From NCBI GenBank assembly GCA_963823665.1, contig CAWGMQ010000006.1, positions 1,728,001 through 1,792,000 on the forward strand: a stretch of 64,000 bases of DNA. Direction: 5' to 3'. A model generated the notes under the pieces. That model did no database searches. It worked only from the letters and a program-made list of their open reading frames with translations, and was not told where the DNA came from. The position numbers were made by a program, and so were the translations under genes. Below are positions 33,679-45,384 of this stretch, one piece after another. How positions within the stretch are numbered: the stretch's first letter is position 1; each line of letters starts with the position of its first letter. The stretch is from an uncultured Planctomycetota bacterium. GTDB lineage: Bacteria > Planctomycetota > Planctomycetia > Isosphaerales > Isosphaeraceae.

Positions 33679-33866
33679 CCGCGCGATTGCGCCGCACGTG
33701 CGGTAAGTCGCGGTTTCCCAATTGCCACCGGCGGCGGCCGAGTCGGATGAAAGGTTGTAGCACTCTGAAGCGGTCAAGGATCGACGCGTGCTTGACCGGA
33801 GTCGGAAAACCGGCCACAATGCTTTGTGGGAATTGATGTTGAGTAGCAAGAATGTTGCAGGTGACC

Positions 33867-34256
33867 ATGAACACGAAGAGCGGCGCAACACGGGAGATTG
33901 GTGCCGATGGGGGACCGGACCCGCTCGAAACCGAGTTTGCGGGCTCGATCGTCGCGAGCACCGAGCCGGAAGCTCTAACGTCGTCACTCTTGAGCCGATT
34001 CCCGCTGCCCGAGGGTATCCGAAAGTCCAAGGACGCCTTTTTCCGCGACCTTGCCGACTTGATTGGCGACCCGTCGCTCAGGGGCAAGTGGGTTGCGTAC
34101 CATGGAGACCAGCGAATTGGTATCGCTGCTGACGATGAGCCGTTGATCGATGAGTGTCGTCGCCGCGGGCTCGCGGCAGACGAGTACATCATTGAGACCA
34201 TAGAGGCGAAGCCCGCCGCGCCTGAGCAAATCGAATTTCCGCTTTCGTGGAAATGA
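33867..34256 (+). CDS. DUF5678-like small protein
   Basis: AFFRDLADL...GKWVAYHGDQRIGIA..E..LIDEC.RRGL. Confidence 0.65.
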   Translation: MNTKSGATREIGADGGPDPLETEFAGSIVASTEPEALTSSLLSRFPLPEGIRKSKDAFFRDLADLIGDPSLRGKWVAYHGDQRIGIAADDEPLIDECRRRGLAADEYIIETIEAKPAAPEQIEFPLSWK

Positions 34257-34747
34257 ACATCATCGATCGGCAACCCTTCCTCGACGTCCCCTCACGGGTG
34301 CCTAGCCCTGGTGGGGAGTCGATCGTGCGGGCGTTTCAGGTGGCGGTGCGAGTCGGTTTATCCGGCCGAGATGTGTTCGCGCCATCCGGCACCTCTTTCC
34401 CGGCGATCCTCGACACGGGGCTTAATCACAATTTCGCGATCCGAGAGGACCAACTTTCAAGTTGGACCGGGCTCATTCTGCCGCGAATCGGTTTGGTCGA
34501 GGTCGACAGTAACCTGTTTCCGCTGGTCGCAGCTAACCTCTGGATCTACGGAAATAACCCCGGCGAAGACACGATATCTGATGCTCCGCCCTTTCGCTTC
34601 CGGCTTGCGGAAGGCATTATCGTCTATACGGCCCAGACCGCAAACCCAGCTCGGCTACCAATACTGGGGTTGCGAGCCATTGCGACGAATGCGTTGCGGT
34701 TCACGATTGATGGTAAGGGACGTAACGCGACGTTGGCGACGTCGTGA
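34253..34747 (+). CDS. Retropepsin-like aspartyl protease
   Basis: AILDTG catalytic motif and PILG motif; ATGA overlap with the upstream gene. Confidence 0.75.
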   Translation: MNIIDRQPFLDVPSRVPSPGGESIVRAFQVAVRVGLSGRDVFAPSGTSFPAILDTGLNHNFAIREDQLSSWTGLILPRIGLVEVDSNLFPLVAANLWIYGNNPGEDTISDAPPFRFRLAEGIIVYTAQTANPARLPILGLRAIATNALRFTIDGKGRNATLATS

Positions 34748-34792
34748 GGTGTCACGCGCGCGGGGTAGGGCTGAAAGTTCCGTTGACGACAA

Positions 34793-36209
34793 TCAGCTCA
34801 AAATCGCCTTGATCACATTGCCATCCACATCAGTCAGCCGGAAGTCGCGGCCGGCGTAGCGGTACACCAGCCTGGTGTGGTCGATCCCCAGGAGGTGCAG
34901 GATCGTCGCGTGGTAGTCGTGCACGTGCACGGGGTTCTCGACGATCGTGGCCCCGAAGTCGTCGGTCTGCGCCGAACGTGCAGCCCCCCTTCACTCCCGC
35001 GCCGGCGAGCAAGGCCGTGAATGCCTTGGCGTAATGGTTGCGCCCCTGGGTTCCTGTTGCGTCCGTCCACGGAGTCCGGCCAAACTCCGTGCAAATGGCA
35101 ACGAGCGTCGAGTCAAATAAACCACGCGCTTTCAGATCTTTAATCAGTGCCGCGATCGCGCGGTCCACCCGCAGGGCCTTGGGGCGGTGCTCCTGCATGT
35201 TGCCGTGCGCGTCCCAGTTGTTATTCGACCCGGTGTCGATCAGCTCGACTACCCGCACGCCCTTCTCGATCAGCCGGCGGGCGACCAGGCACTGATATCC
35301 GAACGATGTGGTGTCGCCGGCGGAGACTCCGTACGCCTGGCGCGTTGCTTCGGTCTCGCGCTCGGCGTCGAGCACCTCGGGCGCCTTGCGCATCATCCCG
35401 GCGGCCACATCGTAAGTCGCGATCCTGGCGCGAAGGTCGGGATTGCCCGGGCGGATGGCGATATGCCGCTCGTTCACGTCGCGCAGCATCAATCGCTCGA
35501 GCGCATCGAGCGAGAGCGACTGTTCCTGGGGACGAAGGTCGGGTATCGGTTGCGGACCCGGCACGATGCGCACTCCCTGGTGGATCGGCGGCAGGAAGTT
35601 GCTGTCCCACACCTGACTGCCGGCATAAGGCAAGTTCTCGCAAAGAACCACGTAGGACGGCAGTGCGGCGCACTCGGTGCCCAGACCATAGGAGAGCCAC
35701 GCGCCCAAGGAGGGCAGCGGCACCGTGGCCGAGCCGGTGTGCATCGCCAGCACCGCCTGGAAATGCTCGACGATGTCGGTGTGCAGGCTGCGGATCACGC
35801 ACAGATCGTCGGCCAAGGCGGAAAGGTGAGGAAAGAGCTCGCTGATCCAGAGGCCCGATGCGCCGCACTGGCGAAACCGGAACGGCGAGCCCAGCAGCGG
35901 GCGCTTGCCCGTCTCGTCGCTCCCGAGCCCGAACGACGGGACCGGCTGGCCATGACGCTCGTTGAGGGCAGGTTTATAATCAAACGTGTCGACGTGTGAA
36001 AAACCGCCGGTCAGAAAGATCACGATCAGGTTCTGGGCCTTCGCCTCGTGGTGGGCGGGCCTCGGTGCCAGCAGACCGCCGCCATTTTCTTCGGCCGCCA
36101 GCAGGAGCGCATCGCGCAGGCCGGGGCCGGCGATCGCGGCGGAGCAGACGGCTTGTTTCAAGAAGCCGCGCCGGGCGATCAGCGATCGATTCGACATGTC
36201 TGGTTTCAT
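34793..36209 (-). CDS. DUF1501 domain protein with Tat-like RRGFL signal (frameshift near 34965)
   Basis: [32 protein letters not shown]; true C-terminus [21 protein letters not shown] ends at 34793. Confidence 0.92.
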
Positions 36210-36216
36210 CACCCTG

Positions 36217-38594
36217 TCAATCGACATAGAGAAACTCGTTGGAAGTGAGGATCACCTTGGCGAGGCTCACCCAGGCGAGGCGTTCGACGTCCGGTGCGGA
36301 CGCTCGCGTCTGCCGCCAGGGCCTGTCTTGCAATCCGATAGATAGCGGACTGCCCGCTCGACCTCGTCCGGCTCGGCGGGGCGCCCCCACGCCAGCTCAT
36401 GGGCGGCCGCGATCCGCGTTTGATCGTCGCCGGCGCCTGCGATCAGGCGATTGGCGAACGCGACCGCCTGCTCGTGCACGAACGGGTTGTTGCGCAGGTA
36501 GAGGGCTTGAAGCGGGACGGTCGATCGCGTCCGCAGATCGGTCGACGCGTTGGTGTCGGGCCCGTCGAAGATGGCCAGGAACGGGTGCCTCACCAGGCGC
36601 TGGGTCATCATGTAAACGCTGCGAGAGTGAGTGGGGTAAACCGCCTTGAACGGATTGTGCTGGGTCCAGTGCCAGTCGTGGATCGCCGGGAATGGATGCG
36701 GGCCGGGCCGGGCTCGTTCAAGCCTCCCCGCCACGGCCAGCATCGCGTCGCGAATCGACTCGGCGGCCAGCCGCGCCGGAGGAAACCGCCAGAGCCAGCG
36801 GTCATCCGGGTCGCGAGCCTGGCTCGCGCTGTCGGTTTCGCTCGAGAGCTGATATGTCTCCGAGAGAAGGATCTCCCGGTGCAGCCTTTTAATGGACCAG
36901 CCGTCCGATACGAACTTCGCGGCGAGCCAGTCGAGTAGCTCGGGGTGAGTGGGCGGTTCGCCGCGCACGCCGAAGTTGGACGGGGTCGCCACGATCCCCC
37001 GCCCGAAATGGTACTGCCAGATCCGGTTCGCCATCACGCGGGCTGAGAGCGGATGCCCGGCTTGCACCAGCCAGTCGGCGAGCTCGAGCCGGCCGCTGGC
37101 GGTGTGGCCCACGGACCGGGCCGGCTCGGCAGCCAGGAACGCGAATCGCGGTACGCCACGGGGCACGACGTCACCCGGCGCCGCTGGATCTCCTCGTCGT
37201 TGAAGCGGCACATCCACGGGCGATCCCTCACCCACGGCATAGCAGCCGGGAACGTCCGCCGGCAGCGACGCCCTGCGCAGCTTCGACCACTCGGCCCGAA
37301 GCTCGCCCATTTGCTTCTTCGATGCCGCGTCGCTCCTGCCCTCGAGCGCTTTCGCCTCGCGATCGAGGACGGCCAGACGCCCCTCGTAACGAACGAGCTT
37401 CGCCTTGCACGCTTCGGGCGGCGCCACCGGCACGAAATTCATCCGCGGGAATGACTTGGATTGCAGCTCTTCCGACCCGGCGTAGGGAAACGTGGTGCTG
37501 GCGAAGATCCCGTAGAGCGCGTAATAGTCGCGCTGGGTGACGGGGTCGAACTTGTGGTCATGGCACCGCGCGCAGCGCAGCGTGAGCCCCAGAAACGCCC
37601 GGCCGGTCGTGTCGATCGTGTCTTCCAGTGTCAGATGCCACAGCTCAAACGGCGCGGTGGCGTAACGGCGCGAGAGGGCGAGGAACCCGGTGGCGATCAC
37701 CGACGCGGCGTAGTTTTCCGCGGGTCCGTTCCGCGCCAGGATGTCACCGGCCAGTTGTTCGCGGACCATCCGGTCGTACGGCTTGTCGGCGTTCCACGAG
37801 TCGATGATGTAGTCTCGATAGCGCACGGCTTCCGGGATGGGGTAGTCGGCGTTGTCGCCGGCGGTGTCGGCATAGCGGACGACGTCCATCCAGTGCCGCC
37901 CCCAATGCTCGCCATAGTGCGGTGATGCCAGCAGACGATCGACGACCCGCGCGAATGCATCAAGTGATCGATCGGCCAGGAAGTCGGCAATCTCGCTCGG
38001 TTCAGGCGGCAAACCGATCAGGTCAAACGTCACGCGTCGAATCAAGGTTTTCCGGTCGGCCCGCCGGACCGGTGAGAGCCCCGCCGCCCGGCGCCTGGCC
38101 GCGATGAAGCGGTCGACCGGCGTCGACGACGGGCCCGTGGGATCTCGCGGCGGGTCGACGCTTTTCACTTTCTGAAACGCCCAGTGAAGCCCGGCGACCT
38201 CCTGCGCTGGCGGTTTCCCGCCGATCGCCTTGGGCCACGCTGCCCCGCGTGCAACCCATTCCGTGAACGCGCTCACGACCTCCTGCGCCAGGGGGTTCTC
38301 GGGCGGCATCTTCAGGTCTTCGTCAATCCGGCGAACGGCCTGGATCAGACGGCTCTTGGCGGGGTCACCCGGGACGATGGCGGGCCCCCGGTCGCCGCCC
38401 CGCAGGAGCGACTGGCGCGAATCGACCTTGAGCCCGCTGCTGGTCTTCTTCCCGCCGTGGCACGGAAGGCACTTTGTGACGAGCACCGGGCGTATCTTCA
38501 ACTCGAAGAATGTCTCCGGCGTCTCGTCTCCAGCGGCTGAACTCGAAAGGGCGAGCGCGGCGAGCAGGCCGATCGACGCAAAGAGTCGAGCCAT
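36217..38594 (-). CDS. Planctomycete cytochrome c / DUF1549 / DUF1553 (PSD1) protein (frameshift near 36300)
   Basis: CLPCH and CARCHDHKFDP heme motifs; YGEHWGRHWMDVVRYAD; PTHPELLDWLA; C-terminus SNEFLYVD* at 36217. Confidence 0.93.
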
Positions 38595-38942
38595 CGCGTC
38601 GACTCCTCATTATAAATAAGGTGGGGGGCAGACTCCGGCGGGCGGGCATCCTGTTCAATAGAAACAGATTAACTGTTTGACAAAGTTTACACAATATTTC
38701 AACGGGGGCCCGCGCGTGGGGAACCACGCAAGGTCGCGGCCGCATCTATTTGACAAGCTCCAGCAGCGACCTAAGCTAGCTCAGAGGCGTCGGTCCTGCC
38801 ACGTCGTCTCGACTCGAGAATTGTTTTCGAGATCCACGCGCTCGAAGGGTGCGTGAAAGACGGAGGCGCTCGGTAAATCGCGGCCGGTCGTCTTGATTTG
38901 GACCAGGGATCGCACGGTCCTCAGGAAGATGGGAGATCCACT

Positions 38943-39913
38943 GTGGACGCCAAGGCCAGCACCCATCTTTGTGCTTCGCCGTTGCTGCCGGCCGAGCAGC
39001 TCAACGGCAAAGCTGCGGAAACACCCTCGGCATACATGATCGTCGTGAATGGAAGTGTACCGGGAACGATGGTGCCGCTCAACGAAAGTGGTACCACGTT
39101 CGGCCGTTCCGGGGAAAGTGGGTTTCCGGTCGACGACAACACGGTCTCGCGCCGGCACGCGTCGGTCGCGGTCGACCCGGACGGAATCGTCCAGATCACG
39201 GACGAGGGCAGCTCGAACGGTACGTTTGTCAACGGGGAGCCGATCGCCGCACACCGGCCGATCAAGCTCGAGGACGGCGATCGCATCCAGCTTGGTGCCA
39301 GGCTGGTTTTCAAGCTGGTGCGGCTTGATCCGCACGACGAGCGCTTCCAGCGTGACATGTTCGAGCGAACGGTTCGAGACACGCTCACCGGGCTGTACCA
39401 CCGCGCCTATTTTCTCAGCCAGATCGGCTCACTTGCCGAGCGTTACGCCGCGTGCGGTATCGGGATGGCGATCCTGATGCTCGACATCGATCATTTCAAG
39501 CAGATCAACGACCGCTACGGCCACGTGGCGGGCGATGACGTGCTGCGCGAGGTCGCCGCGGTGATCCGCGAATCGACCCGTGCCGAAGACCTGGTCGCGC
39601 GTTACGGGGGCGAGGAGTTCGTGATTGCGCTGCCGGTCTCACTGGCGAGCCTGGCCGTGCGGCGAGCCGAGCGGATCCGGGTTGAGCTTGCCGGCCGCAC
39701 CATTGCCGCGGGGTCGCGCAGCTCGTGCGCCTGACCACCAGCGTCGGGCTTTCGTTCAACCCTCCGGGCTGGCCCCGGAACGAGCGGGCACTCATCGTCG
39801 CGGCGGATCAGGCCCTCTACGAGGCCAAAGCGGCGGGGCGAAACCGCGTTGTCTGCGCCGCGCGCCCGCTCCAAACGGAATACCGAAGACGGAGTCGTCG
39901 ATTCTGGTCGTGA
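38943..39913 (+). CDS. FHA domain + GGDEF diguanylate cyclase (frameshift near 39720)
   Basis: FHA motifs GR, SRRH and SSNGTFVNG; DIDHFKQINDRYGH; ARYGGEEF; ADQALYEAKAAGRN. Confidence 0.92.
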
Positions 39914-40081
39914 TGCCCCGGGCGTAGGAAGTCGAGACGGCTTCGTCCGATCTCCTTGTCAGCCGGCCGGCCGGCCAGTCCCTTCCCGGGGTGCTTGTGA
40001 CTTCTTCTGCCGGCGCTGATTCGGATAGAATCTCGCGATCGGGTTCGTTCGCTTTTGCACCGCTGGACTTTTCATAGATGG

Positions 40082-41020
40082 ATGAATGACGCCGTGAAAA
40101 AGACGATCCTTGCCGCGTTATCCCTCTGCGTGCTCTCCGGCTGCCTGGGAGAGTCGACGCCAGTCCAGGAAAAAACCTCGCTGCCGCAGGCGCGAGAAGG
40201 CTTCATATCAAAGCTCGTCACGCGCTCGTCCGATCGTGATCCGGTTGACGAACCGCCGGAAGCGGTTTTTCGCCTGGTCAGGTTCGATTCACCCGTCGGC
40301 AAGCTTGAAGCCTTTCTGAGCAGCTCGGACGACGACGGCGAGAAGCACCCGGCGATCATCTGGATCACGGGCGGAGACTGCAACTCGATCGGCGACGTCT
40401 GGAGCCCCGCGTCGCCGGAAAACGATCAGACGGCCAGTGCGTTTCGCAAGGCCGGCGTCATCATGTTCTTTCCGTCGTTACGCGGCGGAAATCAGAATCC
40501 GGGCCAGAAGGAAGGATTCCTCGGCGAAGTGAACGACATCCTGGCCTCGGCAGATTACCTCGCCAAGGATCCGAGGGTCGATCCCAAGCGAATCTATCTG
40601 GGCGGCCACAGCACCGGCGGCACGCTCGTGCTGCTGGTCGCTGAATGCAGCGAGCGTTTCCGCGCTGTGTTCTCATTCGGACCGGTGAGCGACGTCAGCC
40701 ACTACCCGGACCAGTTCCTCCCATTCGACCGGTCCAATTCCAAGGAGATCGCGCTGCGATCTCCGGGGCGGTGGATGGAGTCGATTCACTCGCCCGTGTT
40801 CGTCTTTGAAGGAGACGGCGGCAATTTGTCCTCGCTCCAGGCGATGCAGCGTGCGTGCAAGAACCCGATGGTGCACTTTTATCCGATTCCCCGCGCCGAT
40901 CATTTCAACGGGCTTGCACCGGCTCATGCCGCGCTTGCGCGAAAGGTCGTGGCGGACACAGGACCAGCAACGAACATCACGTTCACCGACGCGGAACTGG
41001 GCGGGCTCATGCCACGGTGA
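40082..41020 (+). CDS. Lipoprotein alpha/beta hydrolase (S9 peptidase-like)
   Basis: Lipobox LSGC; GHSTGG nucleophile elbow; DH near the C-terminus. Confidence 0.85.
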   Translation: MNDAVKKTILAALSLCVLSGCLGESTPVQEKTSLPQAREGFISKLVTRSSDRDPVDEPPEAVFRLVRFDSPVGKLEAFLSSSDDDGEKHPAIIWITGGDCNSIGDVWSPASPENDQTASAFRKAGVIMFFPSLRGGNQNPGQKEGFLGEVNDILASADYLAKDPRVDPKRIYLGGHSTGGTLVLLVAECSERFRAVFSFGPVSDVSHYPDQFLPFDRSNSKEIALRSPGRWMESIHSPVFVFEGDGGNLSSLQAMQRACKNPMVHFYPIPRADHFNGLAPAHAALARKVVADTGPATNITFTDAELGGLMPR

Positions 41021-41053
41021 ACACGACCTTGAGAGACAAGGAGTAGAACCAAA

Positions 41054-41924
41054 GTGGCGCAGTCATTCCTGACGCCGGCACACCCCGGATTGCCACCGCT
41101 AGCCCTGGGGGTTTGTAGCTGGAGCCTGCAAGTAAAGAGCATCCCGGAGCTCCAGCAATTCCTGGCCTCGCTGGGCATGAACGTCGTGCAGATCGCCTGC
41201 GGCGACCCGCATCACGCAAGCTGGGACGAAGGCGACTCGATGCCCAAAGTCGCGCACGATTCGGGTATCATCATGACCGGCGCTATGCTGGGCTTTCCCG
41301 GTGAAGACTACACCACGCCGCAAACGATCAAGGCAACCGGCGGCTTCGGTGATCCCTCACTTCGGCCGGAGCGGATCAACCGGCTGAAGTGGGCACTGGA
41401 CCGGACCATCGCGCTGGGCCTGTCCGATCTTTCGCTGCACGCCGGGTTCATTCCCGCGCCCGGCGATACCGGGGCGAGCATCGATGCTCGAGACACTGGC
41501 ACAGGCTGGGGATCTTGCCGCTGCGAAGGGAATTACCCTCGCCTTCGAGACGGGCCAGGAAACGGCCGACTTGCTGCGGCTGACTCTGGATGAGCTGCGC
41601 TCCCCGAGCTTGAAAGTCAACTTCGATCCGGCGAACATGCTGCTTTATGACATGGGAGACCCGATCCGGGCTGTCGAGATCCTCGGCCCGGATATCCGCT
41701 CGGTGCATGTCAAGGACGCCCGCCGGCCGAAAGTTGCGGGCCAGTGGGGCCAGGAGGTCGTGCTGGGCGAAGGCGAGGTGGACATCAAGCGATTCGTGCA
41801 GACGCTCAAGAAGATCGGTTACACCGGGCCGCTGGTTGTCGAGCGCGAGGTCGGCGATCAAGCCGGGCGTCTCCGCGATGTCGCCCGCGGGCTCGAATTC
41901 GTGCGCGGCTGCCTGGCGGGCTAG
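41054..41924 (+). CDS. Sugar phosphate isomerase/epimerase (xylose isomerase-like TIM barrel; frameshift near 41475)
   Basis: AFETGQE, NFDPANM, VHVKD, GEGEVD, GYTGPLVVERE. Confidence 0.9.
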
Positions 41925-41962
41925 GTCAGGAACGAAGACACCGGGCGCACAAGACCCCCCCG

Positions 41963-42178
41963 ATGACCACGGTCGCGTGACGACGGTGGTGTGGCCACAG
42001 TCGTGGAGACCGTGGTTCAGACGGGGAGCCTCCACCTCGCACGTATGTGCGATCGCCCGGGCGGATCCGGCTCAGAACAAAAACGCACTTTCGCGGAGCG
42101 AAAGGCGACTACAGGATCGGGCTTACGCCCGAGGCTGCGTACGCCCCGTCCGAACCACGCACTCACGTGCGTGGTCAC
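41963..42178. repeat. Cluster of nested hairpins and REP-like elements between convergent genes
   Basis: 15/16 inverted repeat at 42011-42026/42144-42159. Stems TCGCAC/GTGCGA, CTTTCGC/GCGAAAG followed by CTAC (GTAG on the minus strand), TCGGGC/GCCCGA and ACCACGCAC/GTGCGTGGT. Confidence 0.65.
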
Positions 42179-42220
42179 GGGTCACGCGATTGATCCGCGA
42201 TTGCCGCCGTTGGTTTCGCG

Positions 42221-42559
42221 TCAGCCGACGACGGAATTCACGACCTGCGCGAGCTGGCGGCCGGCGTCGGTCAGCGCGTAGAAATTGTGCTTGCCCGCAC
42301 GGCGCGGCTCGATCAACCGGCCGTGGCGCAACAACGCGAGATGATGGCTCACGGCAGGCTGGCTCTGCGTGCCGAGATCGCCGCAAAGCTCGGTGACATT
42401 GCGCTCTTTTTCGCTCAAGAGCATGAGCACCTGAAGGCGAGTCGGATCCGAAACTTGCTTCAATAATTCCGCGACCCGGCGGATCTCAGAAGCCGATCGG
42501 GTGGAGCTTGCCGCGGCTTTCGCGGACTTAGCCGTGCTGGATTTGGTCGAGGGAGGCAT
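42221..42559 (-). CDS. ArsR/SmtB family transcriptional regulator
   Basis: LKQVSDPTRLQVL...NVTEL...SQPAVSHHLALLR...R.GKHNFY; GAGG RBS. Confidence 0.92.
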   Translation of the reverse strand: MPPSTKSSTAKSAKAAASSTRSASEIRRVAELLKQVSDPTRLQVLMLLSEKERNVTELCGDLGTQSQPAVSHHLALLRHGRLIEPRRAGKHNFYALTDAGRQLAQVVNSVVG

Positions 42560-43021
42560 CGCATTCCTCAAGCTGTGGGCTAGTTGGGTTTCCGGTGTGT
42601 TCATCTCGTAGCGAAATCCTCGACTCCGGCGACGAGGCTTTCGACGGCTCATGATAGATTCATCCGTACGTCGCGTCAAGCCCGCTTGGAACGTTCATTC
42701 AATTGAATTCTCAGTTTAGTGAAGATTCCCAAGATGATATCCAATTCTAGGTACACACGATCGGTCTTGCGATGATCGCCCGAAGCTCTGATGAGAGAAC
42801 GGACCAGCCCGAAGCGGGTCCGCGCGGGCGTGCGCTCCGCAGCAAGATCGCGATCGATGCGATTGGTTCGCAGGGTGGGCAGTCGAGCTCGAGCCTGCCC
42901 GCTTGTAGAGGGCTCTGCCGGCCCGGTAAAGTGTGATGGGCCCGCTCGGGGTTCGTGTGTTCGTGAATCGAAGCCCGCCTGCGATCAAAGTCTGAACAAA
43001 CAGAAGGATATTTCATCGGGG

Positions 43022-44473
43022 ATGTCAAGCGCAGCGGGGGCCTTCCAGCTCGGATCGGTGCAATCGGCAGCATTCCAGCAGTGCTTGAACCCGTCCTGCG
43101 CCGCCACGTTCGGCGTCGCCGAAGCCCATTTCTCCTGCCCGGCCTGCGGCGACGCGCTTGACGTGGTCTACCAGTGGGACAAGCTCGCCGTGCCCGGCCG
43201 GCTCGCCGATTTCGAGGCGAAATGGAGCCGGCGGAGCGACCCGCTCGCGTTCTCGGGCGTCTGGCGGTTCCGCGAGCTGCTCCCCTTCGCTCCAGCCGAT
43301 CAGGTCGTCACCATCGGCGAAGGCCAGACTCTCCTGCAACGCGCGGACAAGGTCGGTCGCTACGTCGGCGTCCTACCCGGCTCGCTCTGGCTCCAGTACG
43401 AAGGCATGAATCCCTCGGGAAGCTTCAAAGACAACGGTATGACTGCCGCTTTCACGCATGCACGCATGGTTTCTGCTCGGCGGGTTGCCTGCGCGAGTAC
43501 GGGCAACACGTCGGCGGCCCTGGCGGTCTATTGTTCGGCGACGGATTTCGGCTTTCGCGCCATCATTTTTATCGGGTCCGGCAAGATCGCTTATGGAAAG
43601 CTCGCGCAGGCGCTCGATCATGGAGCGCTCACCATCCAGATCGTGGGGGACTTCGACGATGCAATGCAACGTGTGAGGCAGGTCGCCGACCGGCTGGGCA
43701 TTTACTTGATGAACTCGATCAATCCGTTTCGTCTCGAGGGACAGAAAGCGATCATTTTCCGGGTGCTGGAGGGGCTCAAGTGGGAGGTTCCGGACTGGAT
43801 CGTCGTGCCAGGGGGGAACCTCGGCAACTCGAGTGCGTTCGGGAAGGCGCTGATTGAGCTAAGCTACTTGGGGTTGATTTCACGCGTCCCGCGCCTTGCG
43901 GTGATCAACGCTGCGGGTGCCCAGACGCTCAATGAGCTGGTCGCGGGCCGCCAGCTCCGGTGGCGCAACGGTCTTCCCGAAATGGACATCGTCGACACGT
44001 ACTACCGGCAGCTTGACCTGGAGCATGTGAAGGCTTCCACGGTCGCATCGGCGATCGAGATCAACCGCCCGGTGAATCTGAAGAAGTGCCTGCGGGCGCT
44101 CGAGTTCTGTAACGGGGTGGTGAGGATGGTATCCGACCAGGAGATCATGGATGCGAAAGCGCGGGTGGGGGCCGGCGGGCTGGGTTGCGAGCCCGCGAGC
44201 GCGGCAAGCGTGGCCGGTGCCAAGCGATTGCGGGAAGAAGGTGTGATCGCTCCATCGGACCGCGTGGTGTGCATCCTGACCGGGCACCAGCTCAAAGATC
44301 CGACGGCCACCGTCGCCTATCACAGCACCGACCTGGCCCAGTTCGATCAGGTGCTGGGGTCGCGTGGTGTGCATCGGGCGGGATTCGCCAATCGCCCGAT
44401 CGTGGTGGCCAACGACCTTGACGACATCATCCGCTCGATCGCCCTCTACTCGGGCACCGAGCCGGCGCAGTAG
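43022..44473 (+). CDS. thrC: Threonine synthase
   Basis: [11 protein letters not shown] (PLP lysine), [34 protein letters not shown]-terminal Zn-ribbon. Confidence 0.95.
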   Translation: MSSAAGAFQLGSVQSAAFQQCLNPSCAATFGVAEAHFSCPACGDALDVVYQWDKLAVPGRLADFEAKWSRRSDPLAFSGVWRFRELLPFAPADQVVTIGEGQTLLQRADKVGRYVGVLPGSLWLQYEGMNPSGSFKDNGMTAAFTHARMVSARRVACASTGNTSAALAVYCSATDFGFRAIIFIGSGKIAYGKLAQALDHGALTIQIVGDFDDAMQRVRQVADRLGIYLMNSINPFRLEGQKAIIFRVLEGLKWEVPDWIVVPGGNLGNSSAFGKALIELSYLGLISRVPRLAVINAAGAQTLNELVAGRQLRWRNGLPEMDIVDTYYRQLDLEHVKASTVASAIEINRPVNLKKCLRALEFCNGVVRMVSDQEIMDAKARVGAGGLGCEPASAASVAGAKRLREEGVIAPSDRVVCILTGHQLKDPTATVAYHSTDLAQFDQVLGSRGVHRAGFANRPIVVANDLDDIIRSIALYSGTEPAQ

Positions 44474-44520
44474 GCAGAGTCGCCCTTCCGCTCTACTTTG
44501 TTTTGAAAGGAAAACGACTT

Positions 44521-45306
44521 GTGAATGTAGCGGTCAAGAAGGTCGGCATCCACGGCGCGCGCGGCCGGATGGGCACGCGGCTGATCCAGCTCATCGCCCT
44601 GGATCCCGAGCTTGAGCTGGGCGCCGCGCTCGAGCGGCCCGGGCATGCTCAGCTCGGGGAGGATGCCGGCGGCCTGGCCGGGATTTCGCCGCTGGGCGTC
44701 GCGCTCGCATCCTCTCTGGCCGCTGGAACCCACCTCGACGTCATGGTCGATTTCTCGCTGCCGGAGGGCTCGCTCGCGGTGGCACGCCTGTGTGCGGCGC
44801 ACGAGATTCCACTCGTCGTCGGCACCACCGGCTTCGACGCGGCGCGGCGCACGGCACTCGAGGGTCTGGCCGATCGGATTCCAATCCTGATCGCTCCCAA
44901 CATGAGCCGGGCCGTGAATCTCTTGATGCAGCTTGTGCGAGAAGCCGCTCGAGCACTCGGGGATGGAGCAGACGTCGCCATCATCGAGCGCCATCACCGC
45001 ACCAAGAAGGATGCTCCCAGCGGAACCGCCCTTCGATTGGCCGAATTTGCGCGGGCGGGCCTCGCGGCCGCTTCACCGGTCGCACAGGGCAAAGCCCGTC
45101 ATGCCGAGATCAGCATGCATTCGCTTCGTGTCGCAGACTCTCCCGGCGAGCATACGGTCGTGCTTGCTCTCCCCGGCGAGACCATCGAGCTCTCCCACCG
45201 GGCGCTTAACCGTGATGGCTTTGCCCGAGGCGCACTTGACGCGGCAAAGTTTCTGGCCGGGAGGCCGGCGGGCCTCTACTCGATGGAAAATGTTCTCGGG
45301 TGCTGA
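44521..45306 (+). CDS. dapB: 4-hydroxy-tetrahydrodipicolinate reductase
   Basis: GARGRMG, DFS, VGTTG, ERHHRTKKDAPSGTA, FARGA. Confidence 0.95.
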   Translation: MNVAVKKVGIHGARGRMGTRLIQLIALDPELELGAALERPGHAQLGEDAGGLAGISPLGVALASSLAAGTHLDVMVDFSLPEGSLAVARLCAAHEIPLVVGTTGFDAARRTALEGLADRIPILIAPNMSRAVNLLMQLVREAARALGDGADVAIIERHHRTKKDAPSGTALRLAEFARAGLAAASPVAQGKARHAEISMHSLRVADSPGEHTVVLALPGETIELSHRALNRDGFARGALDAAKFLAGRPAGLYSMENVLGC

Positions 45307-45384
45307 CAAGGGTGCAATCGTGTAGAATAGAATCGACTGGTGCGAGGCCAGTTCCGATCATCAATGCCGAACGGCGGGGATCGA

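Noticed and set aside
41925..42220. tRNA, tmRNA, SRP or RNase P RNA in the structured intergenic region
   Set aside because: No T-loop/CCA end, SRP loop or RNase P consensus recognised.
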